From: Phyllobates terribilis
Taxonomy: Eukaryota
Assembly: GCF_046119375.1 (NCBI RefSeq)
Contig: NW_027362767.1
Coordinates: 275,962,001 to 276,026,000 of the forward strand
Direction of reading: 5' to 3'
DNA length: 64,000 bases
The notes beneath the pieces are model-generated. The model was not told where the DNA came from. It saw only the letters and a list, made by a program, of their open reading frames with translations, and searched no databases. Positions 63,321 through 64,000 of this stretch are shown here, in pieces; the stretch's first letter is position 1, and each line of letters opens with the position of its first letter. The translations under genes were made by a program, and so were the position numbers.

Positions 63321-63625
63321 ATAGAGAAAGCAGAAAAAATCCAGCTCTCAGATAAAGTCCAAAAAAGTGCATTTTATTTGCCAAGGTACATGAAGCAAAG
63401 ATAAAAATTGTGTGTTCACAAAAAAGAGAATGCAGGCATCTTTCGAGTGCCCAGCGCTCTTTGTCATCTTAAACAAAGAGCGCTTGCCGCTCGAAACGCG
63501 TCGTAAGATGCCTGTATTCTCTTATTTGTGAACACACAATTTTAATCTTTGCTTCATGTATCTTGGAAAATAAAATGCACTTTTTTGGACTTTATCTGAG
63601 AGCTGGATTTTTCTGCTTTCTCTAT
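63321..63625. repeat. ~305-bp near-perfect palindrome (Penelope-terminus-like) in a SURF1 intron
   Basis: Left arm atagagaaagcagaaaaaatccagctctcagataaagtcc... is the inverse of ...ggactttatctgagagctggatttttctgctttctctat; the centre carries cgaaacgcgtcg. Confidence 0.85.
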
Positions 63626-63956
63626 TGGATGTTGCGCCGTGCCCAGGTGCTATCCGTGCTCCAGAAGCGTGGGACTGCAGGTGGTGAGCTGGATTTACTT
63701 CTGTGATTTATTGCAATCTGTAATATAAAGGTACGGCGTGCACTCACAATAAGATTCATGTGTGGGGTCCGCGCTGTGGCTTCCCCTGCATCGTGGTCTG
63801 CCCTGCATTGTGGCCTCCATACTGTAACAAGGCTGCTCATTGGATGCGGTATAACAGCACTGCATCCTACGACAGCCGCCTGTCCAGCAGAACCCCAAGC
63901 AGTGGGCAGCGCCAGCGTAATGGAGTGAGGTTAAGGCCCACCTCGTCAGGTCTTAC

Positions 63957-64000
63957 CATAATCAGCCTCGATGCATATCGGCTGTGCCCCGGTCTGCTCG
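63957..64000 (-). CDS. SURF1: SURF1 third-from-last exon (cut by the window edge)
   Basis: EQTGAQPICIEADY|gtaag; phase 1 joins the next exon. Confidence 0.88.

Overview
Vertebrate (not microbial) genomic DNA. The repeat content suggests an anuran amphibian (inference). The window holds the core of the Surfeit housekeeping cluster in mammalian order: SURF6 (-, 4 coding exons, 319 aa), MED22/SURF5 (-, 140-aa and 195-aa isoforms), RPL7A/SURF3 (+, 8 exons, 268 aa) and the last three exons of SURF1 (-). MED22 and RPL7A share a short head-to-head CpG promoter. RPL7A introns carry five box C/D snoRNAs: two U24 copies (introns 1 and 3) and three U36 copies (introns 4-6). The remainder is heavily transposon-derived. 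It includes five distinct, nearly full-length but damaged Tc1 elements, a ~5 kb DIRS element nested with a MITE inside one Tc1 in a SURF6 intron, and an older DIRS relic. There are also Penelope, L2 and L1 fragments, PIF/Harbinger-, hAT-, pogo/mariner- and piggyBac-like non-autonomous elements, two solo LTRs and several GC-skewed minisatellites. I found no new protein system. The most notable signals are the rearranged and subfunctionalised snoRNA set, the nested insertions, and a ~300 bp Penelope-type palindrome with a hammerhead-like remnant in a SURF1 intron. All coordinates were read by eye; TE family names come from motifs, not database searches.
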